Shown here piece by piece: positions 24,470 to 38,639 of a stretch of DNA of 64,000 bases. The DNA is from Heptranchias perlo. Lineage: Eukaryota. Within the stretch, counting starts at the first letter, position 1, and each line of letters opens with the position of its first letter. The stretch is from positions 47,554,001 to 47,618,000 of the forward strand of contig NC_090335.1 in NCBI RefSeq assembly GCF_035084215.1. The letters run 5' to 3'. The notes beneath the pieces are model-generated. The model searched no databases. It worked only from the letters and a program-made list of their open reading frames with translations, and was not told the origin of the DNA. The translations under genes were made by a program, and so were the position numbers.

Positions 24470-25523
24470 AGGAGGAGCGATCACAGGACTTTTGCAACTG
24501 GAACGCTGTTTCCTGTGGGGTCCCGCAAGGCTCCGTACTGGGTCCCTCTCTTTTTGTGGTATATATTAATGATTTGGACTTGAATGTGGGGGGCTTGATC
24601 AAGAAGTTTGCAGGTGATACAAAAATTGGCTGTGTGGTTGATAGTGAGGAGGAAAGCTGTAGACTGCAGGAAGATATCAATGGACTAGTCAGGTGGGCAG
24701 AAAAGTGGCAAATGGAGTTCAATCCAGAGATGTGAGAGGGAAAACAAGGCTAGAGAGTACACAATAAATGGGGAGGATACTGAGAGGTGTAGAGGAACAA
24801 AAAGGACCTTGGAGTGCATGTCCACAGATCCCTGAAGGTAGCAGGACAGGTTGATAAGGTAGTTAAAAAGGCATACGGAATTCCATGCCTCGGCTAATAA
24901 AGGAAAGAATATAAGAGCAGGGAGATTATACTAGAACTGTATAAAACACTGGTTAGACCACAGCTTGAATACTGCATACAGTTCTGGTCACCACATTACA
25001 GGAAAGATGGGATTGCACTTGAGAGGGTACAGAAGAGATTTATGAGGATGTTGCCAGGGCTGGAGAATTTTAGCTATGAGAAAAGATTGGATAGGCTGAG
25101 GTTATTTTTTTTTCCTTGGAACAAAGGAGGCTGAGGGGAGATTTAATTGTGGTGTATATAACATTATGACTGGACTAGATGGAGTGGATAGGGAGGACCT
25201 ATTTCCCTTAGCAGAGGGGTCAGTGACCAGGGGGCATAGATTTTAGTGATTGGTAGAAGGTTTAGAGGGGAGCTGAGGAGAATTTTTTTTTCCACCCAGA
25301 GGGTGGTGGGGGTCTGGAACTCACTGCCTGAAAGGGTGGGAGAGGCAGAAACCCTCAACTCATTTAAAAAGTACTTGGATGTACACTTGAAATGCCGTAA
25401 CCTACATGGCTACGGACCAAGTGCTGGAAAATGGGATTAAGCTGGATAGCACTTTTTCCGGCCGGCACGGACACGTTTGGCTGAATGACTTCCTTCTGTA
25501 CCGTAACTTTCTATGATTCTATG
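24470..25523 (+). mobile_element. CR1 LINE, 5'-truncated
   Basis: GVPQGSVLGP..WQMEFN; ttctatgattctatga tail. Confidence 0.92.
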
Positions 25524-26286
25524 ACTTCATCTCCTCAAATCTGACTGGTTTTGTTGCTTTTTCTACTACTTTGCCATGCTCAGAAATATTCTGGCTTGTT
25601 CTTTATCTGTGGTTGTTATTGGGACCCTATCATTGAGTGTAAGTTATATTTCAGATAGACATTTTGATAAATGTGTAAAGTTCAACAGTGTTTGTCCCAG
25701 TGACAGATGTCAACAGTCTTGACGCTTTCTGGGGCTACCCCACATCTGAGTGTAATCACCCATGGTCCTGAAAAAATGATTTGTCACTTAGTTAAACCCA
25801 CATTTGTTATTGTAGTGTTTCTATTTAAAAATACCAGGGTAATATCATTTTGGCCTTCGAGTCCTGTATATAAAGAAAAAAAAATGCCAACTTGGTAATT
25901 TTAATCTTTGAAACAAACTCACATCATTCTATTATTGCTGAGATTTTAATATCTGCAGTCAGCTAAACTAACTCATAATGAAATCTGCGAACTGAGATTT
26001 TATTATCTACACGATTGCCACAGAATAAAATAAGTTTTTCCATTTTGATAAGTTTATACCAAGTATTTTTTACACATTGTTGCCATAGTGATACCCTAAA
26101 AAAACATTTTACAAGAAAGTTTAGAGCCACACCTTGTGTAAGCAATGTATGTGGGATCATGGTATTATGTTACCGATTGTACTTGTCTGGTTATTTTTGC
26201 TAGTTTTGTCCCCTCTTTATTGAATTACAATTCCACTGAACCAATTACTTTGTCCATGTAGTCATTGTTAATTTGTAAACCTACAC

Positions 26287-27480
26287 AACAGCAATAACTT
26301 GCATTTATATAGTGCCTTTAACGTAGAAAAAATGTCCAAGGCACTTCACAGAAGTGTAATCCGACTTTGAATCGACACCAAGCCAAAGGAGGAGATATTA
26401 GGAGGGGTCACCAAAAGATCAAGGAGGAGTGTCTTATAGGTGGAGAGGTTTAAGGAGGGAATTCCTGAGCTTAGGGCCCTGACAGCTAAAGACACAGCTG
26501 CCAGTAGTGAGGCAAAGGGAGTGGGGGCTGCACAGGAGGCCACAGCTGGAGGAATGCAGAATCCTCGAAGGATTGTAGGGCTGCATAAGGTTACAGAGAT
26601 GGAGAGGGGTGAGTCATTGAAGGGATTTGAACACGCAGATGAAAATGTTAAATTTGAGGCATTAGGGTACTGTAGATCGATGAGCACAGGGGTGATGGTT
26701 GAGTGGAACTTGATGCAAGATAGGATACGGGCAACAGAATTTTGGATGAGCTAAAGTTTATGAAGAGTGGAGGATGGGAGGCCGGCCAGGAGAGCATTGG
26801 AATAGTTTGGAGGTGACAAAGGTATCAATGAGGGTTTTGGCAGCAGATGTGCTGAGGTAGGGGCAGAGATAGAAGTAGGGGTCTTTGTAATGGAAACGAT
26901 ATGGGGTCAGAAGCTTAGCTCTAGGTCAATTAGGATGCCGAGGTTGCATGCAGTCTGGTTCAATCTGAGACGTTGGCCAGGAAGAGGGATGGAATTGGTG
27001 GTGAGGGCACAGTTTATGATGGGTCAATGGTGATTGCTTTGTTTTCCCCAGTGTTTAATTGTGGCTCATCCAGGACTGGATGTCTGATAACAGGGAAGCA
27101 GTGAACAGGTGCAGAAGTAGAGCTGGGTGTCGTCAGTGTACATATGGAACTTGACGCCATGACTTCAGATGAGGCTGCTGAAGGGCAGTATATAGATGAT
27201 GAGGATTGATCCTTGGAGGACTCTGAAGTTAATGGAGTGGGACGAGAAGCCATTGTTGGCGATGCTCTGGTTATGATTGGGTAGGTAAGAATGGGACTAA
27301 GTGAGGCAGTTCTACTGAGCTTGACAAAAGAGGAGAGGTGTTGGAAGAGGATGGGTGTGGTAGATTGTGTCAAAGGCTGCAGAGAGGTTGAGAAGGATGA
27401 GGAGGGATAGTGCATCACTGTCATAGTCACTGAGGATGTCATTCATGACTTTGATTTCGGTGCTGTGTCATGGGTGGAAA
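26287..27480 (-). mobile_element. L2 LINE fragment
   Basis: LSAAFDT and YxDD remnants on minus strand; tail ttaaaggcactatataaatgcaag. Confidence 0.8.
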
Positions 27481-27519
27481 ACTGGATGTTTGAATCTCTC
27501 CATTGTTGGCTGTTTTTGT

Positions 27520-27715
27520 TACCGTTGAGGGCATCACAACTGACTGATCCTGTCCATACCTGATGTTCATACACAAACTTTCCAGCAGGGGGTCACTGGA
27601 CAACCATGAGGAGTAGGCAGAGATCGGCTAACTCGGCACAGACTGGAAATCAAAGCTGGAACCAGCCTGTGGCTTAATTATTTACTTCTTTTACTAACTA
27701 AACCATCAGGAAGCT
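27520..27715 (-). mobile_element. Ancient SINE-like repeat (family C)
   Basis: shares gcatcaca..tcctgtc..tttcca..gtcactgg..gcacagac with 46640-46975 and 53430-53740. Confidence 0.5.
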
Positions 27716-27849
27716 TGTTTGTTTTAAGTATAATGATTTAGAAATATATTTTCTGTTTTCAAGTTAAAATGACTAAAAATTATTGTGATGATTCCGAACA
27801 TTTCAATCTCTGATTTTAATTGGACTTTTGTGTCTTTGGCCTTTGGGAA

Positions 27850-27945
27850 GGAGCGGGAGAGTGGGCCTAATTGGATAGCTCTCTTAAAGCATTGGCACAG
27901 GCACAATGAGCCAAATGGCCTCCTTCTGTGCTGTAACATTCTAAA
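27850..27945 (+). mobile_element. CR1 3' UTR fragment
   Basis: ggatagctct..atggcctccttctgtgctgtaa. Confidence 0.65.
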
Positions 27946-29689
27946 AATATTAATGCATTCAGTACAAAATTGGCAGTTGGACTTGAAGAGTTTTTAAGGA
28001 TACCTGAGGGTAGTAAATGGAAATTCGTATTGGTGCAGTGATGGTGCTCTCTTCCTGTGGGCTGAAGCAGAGAGAGCTTTACTCTTCACTCCGTCTGTAA
28101 TAGAAGCTTTTCGCAACTGGTGGGCACTACAAGATAACTCTAACTTCACAATCATTGTGTAACAAGTTACTCACAGATTTTCACTTTGTTTGGGCAGATC
28201 GTCAGGCCTTTATTAAGGGGATGCGCCTCACCCTGGGGAGCATTGGGATTTGCCCAATGACATTCTATTAACCTGTGCCATGCTTGATGAATGCAAAAAT
28301 GAGAGTGTTTCTTCCAAAGCATTAAGATCCTTTTTCCTGAAGCAATTCAAAAAGAAAACAGTAATTGGTCATAACTATTATAAATTTTCACCTAGAAATT
28401 TTAATTTTTAAAATGGTCTTTGGATGCTGATTACCAAGTTAAATTAGGAGGTCATGAAAGTCTTAAGTTGGTATGATATTAGACGTTATTATGTGGCTAT
28501 GCTAGGAGTGAGCTTGTACTTGGAGCCTTTACATTGTTAAGTGTTTATTAGTTTGGTGAGATTTAAGGCCATGGACTAGTGGTGCAGACGGTGTCAGACA
28601 TAAGGGTCTATTAGTTTGACTGTATGTTGTAATATTATTTGCTACAGTTTAGATTTTGATGTTTGCTAAATGTAGCTACCCTTTCCCCCCCCCCCCCCCC
28701 CCAAAATATGGATTTACTTTAGCAGGCTTTTACTTTCTGTTTTTGATTTACTCTGTCATACTGTTTCAGTTTGGTTAAGCATTAAGAGTGAAACTTGGCT
28801 ACTAGTGTGTGTGTCAAATAAGGAATAAAATCTCTTCAGAACCAAGAAGGGCAAGGAAGAAAAGGTTAGAAATAAATCAGTTGTTACTCGGGCTCTAACA
28901 ACATTTTGAGGCCGAGTTCCACAAGCCTTTGAAGCTTAGCAGAGCTTCTATTATGTTAGGATGATGCCACAGGGAAAGTGCTAGACAAATTACTTGTTCT
29001 CCCTAACAGTTTTAAATCATATAGCATCGGAACTTACACTTTTTAAATATGTTTTCCTTTTTTAAAAAAAAAACAAATCCCCATTCTAGTCTCCTGGGCT
29101 ACTTCTAGACCACTCTGCGTTTGTTGTTCTTGAGGCAATTGCTAAGGTATGCATTCCACTGAATTTCTTTTTCCTTACTCCCTCTGCACCTTAGGAAATG
29201 TCTGGCTTCTGAGTGACGCCTTTGCTCGGTGGCGTAGCTGAGTTTAAGAAGGCAATGGAATGGGATCAAACATGTCCCATCGCTCCTTGCTGCTTTGCTG
29301 TGTTTTAGTGTGCTGTGCCAATAATCAGACATCTTTTTAAAATTATGAACAAATTAGATGATAGTTTTCCTTTAAAACTTTGATAGTATTCTAGATAGGA
29401 AGCTTCAAAGCTAAAATACTAGACTTCACTATAGTCCTCATTTGTGCTTAGAGCTGCATTCAGAGGCTTTAACTTGAATTAGTGAAACCAGAGAAATTAT
29501 ACTAATTTTAACGGGGGGGGGGGGACAGAAACATGGCTACTGCTGGATTTCTTCCTGCCCCACCCCCGCTGCTCATGATCACAAGACAATAATGGATGAG
29601 GGAGGTCAATTGGTTCATCTTCGTTCACCCATGGGGAATGACCCTAAGTCCCCAAGTTGCAGAATCCAACTGGCCGTTTTTTGGATTTA

Positions 29690-30990
29690 CTTTTTTCATA
29701 CCGTTTATACTTTTCTATATACTTCTAATAAGATCATCTCTCATCCAAGTCTCTCCTTATACCTAAGTCTCCTAACACTAGGGCTCTGTCTTGTGACTCT
29801 TCTCTGCACTGCTTCCTATGCTTGAATGTTTCCGTTGTGTCTCAATGATCGTAGCTGGACACCGTAGTTAAAGTCTGGTCTGAGCAGAGCACTGTAAAAA
29901 ATTTGATTGACTTGTATTCTACTGTTTTGACTCTATAAAGTTCAACGTTTTGTTGATTGCTACTCTGCATTGGTTGGACATGTTAAGTATGAAATCTACT
30001 AAGACTCATGTTTTTTTCTCAACTTTGTCTTGGCTATTACACCACCATTCATCGAATATATATGTTGCCCACTTTTCCTTCCCATGTGTAGTATTTTACC
30101 CTGGCCAGCATCAAATTTCATCTGTTCTGACCATTTACATATTCTGTCCAGCTTACATTTAATGTCTGAGCTTCCTTCTCTGATTCCACTGCCTATCCTA
30201 GTTTCAATTTGCATTGGGTTTCTGAGTTCAAGTCATTGATGTAAATTAGAAACAGCAAAGGCCCCAACAATGAGCACTAGGGCATCCCTTTCAGTACTGC
30301 TTCCCACCCACTATGTAACTCCTGTAACAAGTACCTGTTGTTTTCTACCCTTCAGCCAAATTTTCATTCATACCCAAGATTTACCCTAAATTGCTACAGC
30401 TTTGAGCTTAATTAATAGCCTTTCATGTGGAACTTTGTCAAATGCATTCTAGAAGTCCCAGTACCACACGTTATAAGGCTTACCATAGTCCACTTGGGTC
30501 GTGACTTCCTCAAAGAAGTCAAGGAGGTTGGTTAGGAAGATCTCTTTGTTCTGAATCCATGTTAACTGGTGTTTACTAAGTTGTTGTACAGATTAAGTTC
30601 AAGTTTACTCATGATGATTAATTCAATTTTTTTTACATGGGATTTAAGTACATTGAATGGATCTGTAGTTTCCTGTTTCTGATTGAGTGGTTTTTTTGAA
30701 AATGGGCAACACATTGACCTGCTTCCAATATACTGGTCCAATGATGCCTTCATAATTGTCAATGCCTCACAAATCTCTTTCCTGGCCTTTTAGCACTAGG
30801 ATAAATACTGTCTATCCATGGGAATTTATTGTTTTTGAGCCTTTTAGCCCATCCAGGGCTTCTATCTCATTTATATCTGCCATTAGTTTTGCCTGGGTTA
30901 ACTCTGGGAAGGGTATCTTGCTCATATTTTCCCTTGTGAATACCTGGAGTTGATCATTTAGCATGTTTGCTATCCTGTGCTTATCCTCTG
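29690..30990 (-). mobile_element. Old CR1 RT fragment
   Basis: AFDKVPH and W..QMKF remnants. Confidence 0.7.
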
Positions 30991-31549
30991 TTTTGCACCC
31001 TGTTGCATCTCTTGTGGTTCTCGCCCCTCGTCTGACTGATCATTTATTGTTATAGTACTGAAGGCACTTATGTTTTGCATCTGCAGCTATGTTTTTTTAA
31101 AGATTTTTTTTCCCTCTGATTACCTTTTTATCATGCTTCAGTGCTATTCTCGTTGAGCATCACGTACTTGTAACTTCTTTGTGTGACTGCTCTTCACATT
31201 GTTCTGAAACATTTATTTGTTACCTCTTTTTCAGCTCTGTTTAACAACCATGTGGAGAGTAGTTGTTAGGTCTGTTCAGAGAGTGGGAGTTGGACAGTAG
31301 TCACATGTTGATTTGCCCTCCAACAACAGTGTCAGTTGGAGCTCTAATTTGGAATAAAACAAAATAACCAGGAAGGTTATAAATGGCCTAAATTTGTAGA
31401 ATAATGATACAGGAGCTGAGTTACATTCCTGCTCCCACCCCTAACTTGGCAATTCTAGTCATGATGTGGAGATGCCGGTGATGGACTGGGGTTGACAATT
31501 GTAAACAATTTTACAACACCAAGTTATAGTCCAGCAATTTTATTTTAAA

Positions 31550-31588
31550 TTCACAAGCTTTCGGAGGCTTCCTCCTTCGTCAGGTGAA
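31550..31588 (-). ncRNA. Minimal type I hammerhead ribozyme
   Basis: exact reverse complement of 31638-31676. Confidence 0.82.
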
Positions 31589-31637
31589 CGATGTGAAAAT
31601 GAAATCCTCGAAAAATGAGGATTTCATTTTCACATCG

Positions 31638-31676
31638 TTCACCTGACGAAGGAGGAAGCCTCCGAAAGCTTGTGAA
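31638..31676 (+). ncRNA. Minimal type I hammerhead ribozyme
   Basis: ttcac-CTGACGA-a-ggagg aag cctcc-GAAA-gctt-gtgaa; 5-bp stems I and II. Confidence 0.82.
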
Positions 31677-32399
31677 TTTAAAATAAAATTGCTGGACTAT
31701 AACTTGGTGTTGTAAAATTGTTTACAATTGGCAATTCTAGTTTGACATTTCAAGAAGGGTATTGGTTAGAACAGCTCTGAAGTGTGTGTGCACAATAATG
31801 ACAATGTACAAGCCGGTCACAGCAGTTCAGATAGTGTCAGATGTAGTACTCTACAGCTTATTAAAGTATATAGGTGGCATAAACTTTGTTTTAAGACAGA
31901 CTGATGTATTGATATAAATATTTGGCCACTTCAAAATGTGACTTCAACTGGCTAGGTACTTCAAAATGTTTTAGCTCTCATCTGGTGTAGCAATTAAGGC
32001 ACCTGGTCAAAATCCTAAAACGTGAAACACAGTGCCAAGTTAACTTTTTTTTCCCCCACTGAACCCTGAGTTTGTGATACTACCCTGAATTCCTTCAATG
32101 TTACGTGATACCCTAAGTAGAACCCTTCCCTATGATGCTACCTGATGATTATGTTCATTTGTAACAATTGTCTGTTGAAGTGCAAAGTGCCTGACTCGAG
32201 TGAAATGTGCATTTAGGTTAAAAAAAATTTAAATTCCACGCCTTTTTTAAAACTGCATAATTTCAAAAGATATTTAATGGTAGATGTATGCAAAAGTCAT
32301 TAATTGTTTGAAACCTTGTGATGTTGCCAGATTATATAAAAGATCGATTATAAAGGGATACAATACAATCTGTTATCTTCCAGTGTGATATTTTGACTC

Positions 32400-32640
32400 A
32401 TTTTAGTAGCACCGGCCTCTGAGTCAAGAGGTTGTGGTTTCAAGCTGCGCTCCAGAATTTAAGCACAGAATTTAGGCTGATGCTTCAGTGCAGTACTGAC
32501 GGTATTGTACTGTTGGAGTTGTCATCCTACGGATTAGACATTAAAGCGAGGCACTGTCTATTTGTTCATTCGGATGTAAAATATTCCATGGCAGTATTTG
32601 AAGAACAGGGAGTTCTCAGTATTCTGACCAATATTTATGG
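32400..32640 (+). mobile_element. Deu-type SINE, diverged
   Basis: similar to 3655-3920. Confidence 0.7.
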
Positions 32641-32709
32641 CACAGAAGGAAGCCATTTGCCCCATCGTATCTGTGCTGGAAATGTTAGTGATCTCTTTTT
32701 AAAAAAAAA

Positions 32710-33560
32710 ATTCAACTAGATTAGTCTAACATGACCTACCTTTCACATCCATGTTGACTCTTTGATTTGCTGATACTTGTCCAGTAATTTCCCCACAATT
32801 GATGTTAAACTGACAGATTTGTAGTTACCTGGTTTCTCCCTCCCTCCCTTCTTAAATAATGGAGTGTCATTTACAATTTTATAATCCATAGGCACAATTT
32901 CTAAATCTAGAGAGCATATGGAAAATTATGACAAATGCACCTGCAATTTCCTCACCTATTTTTAATACTCTGGGGTGGAACCCACCAGGTCCTGAGGATT
33001 TGTCTGTCTTAAGTCCTGTTATTTTCTCCATTTTTAAGATTTATCTACTGTATTATATCAAGTTCATCTTTACTTATTTCTAGGTTCTCTTGTACCACTG
33101 GTATTTTGTTCTCTGTGAAAACTGATAGAAAGTACTAATTTAATGTCTGCCATTTCCTTATTATCCATTGTAGTCTCACCTGTATCCATCTTTAATGGGC
33201 CCACATTCTACTTTTTCTCTTAAAATACTTCTTTAAAAACCTTTGCTGTTAGCTTTGATATCCCTTTCAAGTTTATTTTCATATTTCCTTTTGGCACCTC
33301 TTACCTTTTTTATAACCCTTTGTTGCTTTGGGCACTAGATGATTACTACCCCGGAGGTTCTGCTTATTAAACTAGAATTTATCTCCTTGAAATCTCTTAG
33401 ACAGGAGTAGATTCAAGGTTCTGCAATGTCATTGGTTCCCAAATGAACCACAACTTCCGGCTGCTCACCCTCCCATTCCAGAACCTTTTGTATTTGCTCT
33501 GTGATGTCCCGAACCCTGGCACTCGGGAAGCAACATATCATTTAGGTCTCTGGATCTACA
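32710..33560 (-). mobile_element. Old CR1 fragments (ORF1/ORF2)
   Basis: decayed NYxxVSLTS and LPSARV motifs. Confidence 0.6.
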
Positions 33561-34859
33561 TAAACTATCTACCTCTGACTACAGAATCTCCCACAATCAC
33601 CATTTGCCTATTCTTACTATCCGCACTGTTTTCCTCTATGACTAACTACTCGTTACCCAGTGCCTTGTGGTCGCTCATAGTTACCCTCTTCTGTCACCCT
33701 TTTTGTCCACATCACTGGTACCTGAACAGGTATACCTATTGGAGAAATCCTGCTCCAAAGTTGATCCCCTTTCTACTGTTGCTTCCTGCCCTGTCTGCCG
33801 ATGGTCACCTAATCTCCCTTGCCAGATTGTCCACTAGCAACCTGTGGGTTGACCACCCTCTACAACATCTCCCTCCCAAACGCTGCGGAGTGTGTCCCGT
33901 TGACTCTCTAGCTGTATAACTTGCTGCTTGAGGAGCACAACCTTTGTACAGTTAATACATATGATTCATCCTGCATGGTATGAGTGTCCAGGCAGGTCCA
34001 CACCTTGCATAACACACACATCACTCCAGACTCTGATCCTACCACGCCTATATGTGTTTGTGTGGTCTTGTGCAGAAGTTACACCATGCCAAGACAGGAC
34101 TGGCTCAGTGGACAGCTGGTCTTTACCTTTCCTTTTTCATATGTTTGTAACTCCTTGACTGTTCAGACTCATGAATGATGTGACTGATATTTTTAAAAAC
34201 ACACAGCATTATGTATCTCTCAGGTTATCATGCAAGATTGCACAATTATTCTGATTTAGTGTTGTCATTTTGATCAGATATTGTCTCCTTATCTTTGAAA
34301 ATAACTGTTCATATGTACAGTTTGCATCCTGTAACCACTGTCGTTACGTTGACCGGTGTCCAGAGCTGAAGGTCAGGATTTGTTATAGAAATTCAGAAAA
34401 TGAAGTCAAACAATTGAAGAATATTGGGTAGCTCCTGACGTGACTTTTTAGGCTTAAAGTTTGCCCAGTAGTATTGAAATTGTGTATATATTGAATGCAT
34501 CTTTAAACTTCACATCCTATATAAGCACTCCACTTACAGCAGATGTTATACATTACCAGGGCTAGACTAACACACAAGTCACCCAAGGATGTGCCTATAG
34601 CATCAGGGAGAGGAACGAAAATCAACTTGGCAAAATATACTTTTACCTGCATGCTGTTTGTCATTGGGTGTTCAAAACCATGATGTTAAATGTTATAGTT
34701 ACTGGAGTACTGATGGGTGCTTAGACTGCCAATGCTTAAACTGAGATTGCTTGCACTGGCAGGTGAGGTGTGCTGTGCATGCAAAAATATGAAGTTATTT
34801 TCCTCTGCTTAAAGCAAAATTTCCCAGCTGATGGTTGTTCACAATAACAAATTAGGGGG

Positions 34860-36170
34860 CCATGGCAAACAGTGAGGAAGGGTCTAAGAAATTGCATAAG
34901 GGGACACAAGTTAGCAGAGTGGGTAAATAGATGGCAGATGCAATTTAATGCAGAAAATATGAAGTAGTACATTTTAGGAGAAAGAACAGTGAAAGGAAGT
35001 ATATTCTAAATGGTCAGACCAGAGATATCTAGGGGTGCAGACACATAGAATCATAGAACGGTTACAGCATGGAAGGAGGCCGTTCGGCCCATCGAATCCG
35101 TGCTGGCTCTATGCTTGAGCAATCGAGAGAGGCCCACTCCCCCACCGGATCGCCATAGCCTTGCAAATTTTTTCCTTTCAAGTACTTATCCAGTTCCCTT
35201 TTTGAAAGCCATGATTGAATCTGCCTCCATCACTCCCTATGGCAGTGCATTCCAGATCCTAACCACTTGCTGTGTGAAAGTTTTTCCTCACGTCACCTTT
35301 GGTTCTTTTACCAATCACCTTAAATCTATGTCCTCTGGTTCTTGACCCTTCCGCCAATGGGAACAGTTTCTCTCTATCTACTGTCTCGACCCTTCATGAT
35401 TTTGAATACCTCTATCAAATCTCCTCGCAACCTTCTCTGTTCCAAGGAGAACAACCCCAGCTTCTCCAGTCTATCCACATAACTAAAGTCCATCATCCCT
35501 GGAATCATTCTAGTAAATCTCTTCTGCACCCTGTCTCTAAGGCCGTCACATCTTTCCTGAAGTGTGGTGCCCAGATCTTTAAAGTTGGAATGCAGATAGA
35601 AGAGGGCACAAAAAGCAAGAGAAATTCTGTGGTTGTTATACAGAGGGTTATTGAATATAAAAGCAAGGGAATGGTTTTGAAATTGTACAGAACATTAGTT
35701 AGATCACAGATGGAATATTTTGTGCAATTCTGGGCACCCCTTTTATAGGCAGGTTATTGGAGTCATGGAAAAGCAAAGCCACAGAATATTCACTGAAATG
35801 ATACCAGGAATGAGAGGTTATAGTTATGAAGAAAGGCTTAACTATTGTGTTTTTTTACTGGAGCAGAGAGATTTAAGTGGAGATCCAGTAGTGGTTTTCA
35901 GAATTGAGAGGTTTTGAGAAAGTAAATGGTAATAGATTGTTTCAAGGGAGCATTGGTTTAGGATTATCACTGGAAGATCGTGGAAGGAAATTAGAAGAAA
36001 GGGTTAGGAGGACCTGGAATGCTTTACCACAAGAGACTGTAACACCATTTTAAAGGGGAATTAGATAAGTATTTGAAAATTTAAAAAATACATGGACAAA
36101 GGGAAATGGGATTCGAGTAACAGGTCCAGTTGAAGAGCTGGCCATATGGCCTCTTTCCATGGTTTAAATT
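34860..36170 (+). mobile_element. Old CR1 fragment split by younger CR1
   Basis: WQMQFN.. then IEYKSK..LYRTLVR..QFWAP. Confidence 0.7.
35046..35575 (-). mobile_element. CR1 3' fragment (same subfamily as 19421-21187)
   Basis: near-identical to 19421-19935. Confidence 0.9.
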
Positions 36171-36859
36171 AATACAGTAATTTATACCCAGCCACAATTG
36201 GTTCTCCTTTGAAATCTATATTTGTTTTTGAAACAAAACCAACAGTGAGCTCACTGGAAACATTGCTGGATTGTGATTTGTGAATATTGAATTTCTTTGC
36301 CCAATTCTTGTTATACCAGTTAGATAAAACTTTGGCTAGGAATGCAAGTTAGCCATTGCGGTCTACCAGCCTTCTAGTTTGAAATTGATGTAATTGTCTG
36401 CACGTCCCTTTTTGAGATGGTAAGCACATTCCTATGTAAGCACTTAGTATTTTCAATTAACCACACAATTGGATCCCAATAACTGCATGGATTCTTATTC
36501 ATATATTCTGACTCCATTGTAGGTGCTGGCAGAACAAACTACAGTGGAAGCTTTGAATGGGGCCAAGTCCTTACTCCACAGTAACATGAGCCCATGTTGG
36601 CTAGTGGACTAAACCCAGGATTGAGATAGCAAGCACAAAGTCGATCTACATCACTTCCTTCCACCACCACTGTTGCATGGCTGCTTCAAAAGGAGTGTAA
36701 TAGATTCCATAATATGATTTATTGGCTTAAGTTTTGAAAATAGCATAAATCAATCTGTCTGTCTCTCCTTCAGTGGGCTGATGAGAGTTCATGGATGTAA
36801 AGGCAGAGAATAGCTATTTGTACCCACTTCCCACCAGACCTTTACCTTCCTTACCTAAC

Positions 36860-37155
36860 CTCTGGGTCAGAAGGTTGTAGGGTCAAGTCCCATTCCAGAG
36901 ACTCGAGCACATAATCTAGGCTGATCCTTCAGTGCAGTACTGAAGGAGTGCTGCACTGTTGGAGGGAATGTCTTTCGGTTGAGATGTTAAACTGAGGCCC
37001 CGAATGCCCTCGGGTGGACATCCGAGATCTCATGGCACAATTTAGAGAAGAGCAGGGGCGTTCTCCCAGGTGTCCTGGCTAATATTTATCCTTCAATGAA
37101 CACCACAGATCATTATTTCATTGCTGTTTGTGGGAGCTTGCTGTGTGCAAATTGG
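36860..37155 (+). mobile_element. Deu-type SINE
   Basis: similar to 3685-4000. Confidence 0.8.
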
Positions 37156-38639
37156 CTGAAAATTTTAGCCTTTGCAATTTTTTTCCCCCTTTTTTATTTC
37201 TATTGCATTCTCAGTCCTCCTAAGGACTTACATGACAGGATCCCATTACTGGCACGTAAGGAGGCTTTTCAAGCTGTACTCGTTCATTCCAGCTTCAGAG
37301 CCGAGAGTTTGACAGAACTGCAGTCTCAGCATTAAAGATCTTCAGGCAACAAGCCTCCCTCCAATCTCAGCACACTAAAACTATATTGATTGGTGTCCAG
37401 GATTGAGAATACCAGATAATACTGTGATGAGTGGGTACAAGACTGAATCAGAACCCTCACCAATGAAGCTGTTTCCCCATCAAGTGACCGTGTTCTATCG
37501 ATGTTTCATTGGAGTGGGCATTGAGTGTTGGCAGTTTTAAAAATCTTCCAAAGCTATTGTGGAAATTAAAGCAAATGATGCGAGTCAGTCGTCACTAACA
37601 TGCAAAAATTTCAGGTTTGCAAGGCAGAAATTCCTGATAATTATACTCCTCACGGACCTGTAGCATTTTATCTTAAAATCTGATATACAAGTTTTATTAC
37701 TTTTTCCCATCTTCCCAATTTGTTCCTTTTTCTGTTGACCAGCCCAACTGTCATATTTGAGTAAGTATTTTATTTTATAGTTTAAGGGATAGCTTTTGTT
37801 TCTTAAGAATACAAAATTGGTTACTCCTCTCTCTCGGTGAGGAAGTGTTGATTTGGGGATTCCTAAATTTCATTTCAAAATCTAAATACTTTTCAGTTTG
37901 CACCAAATAATTTAACTCTTTGACATAGAATTGTATATTGAACAGCTGCAATGGGGTTGCTAGGAAGGATGGATGTGGAGTAACTTAAGAAACAGCTAGT
38001 AACGGGGACATGGGAGAATTCATATTCTAGAAGGATGCAATCAAATGAGCCGAAGGCTGCCTTTGTTCCAATCCATCCCGTGAATTAGAATTTTCAGTAT
38101 CGAGACTGCAGCCCTTTATTAAGTAGCGATCTGAGCCTCCTAACTAGGAAATATTAACTGCAACATTTACTTTGTATATAAATCTTGGGATCCTGTCCAT
38201 GTATTGTAGTGAAAGACTAAGCTCCTGAATGTGTGTGATTCCAAGTTTAACTATTGAAAATCACCAATGTACTGGTTCTGTCCCTTCTCTGCACAAAGTG
38301 GAGGGGTGCACCCAGGATTTTAGAAAGCCCCTTGACAATTTTTTTTTAATACAACCGTCTCTCTTGCTGCAATGTTCTCCTGAGTACAGAATATCATTTA
38401 TGTAAATTATTTATTACTTATTGATTGAGCTGCAGTTGAACACATGCTCTTTGGAGAATGGGGTGGGGGCGATACAGTTATCAATGGAAGCATTGGAGAG
38501 TTCGACACTTAGCAATAGTACAGTGCCTGCCATTAAAATCAGCAGAATCAAATTTCCTATGCCTTGTTGAGTCACCAGTGACTGATGGTGATACTTCCCT
38601 GAGCTCATGAAATTTGAATCCACTGATTTTTGACATGCA

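Larger units (their letters stand above)
31460..31730. mobile_element. Non-coding palindromic PLE-derived element with two opposed hammerheads
   Basis: perfect 114-bp arms 31496-31609 and 31617-31730; PLE tail on minus strand 31461-31495; TSD gcaattctagt 31449-31459 and 31731-31741. Confidence 0.92.
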
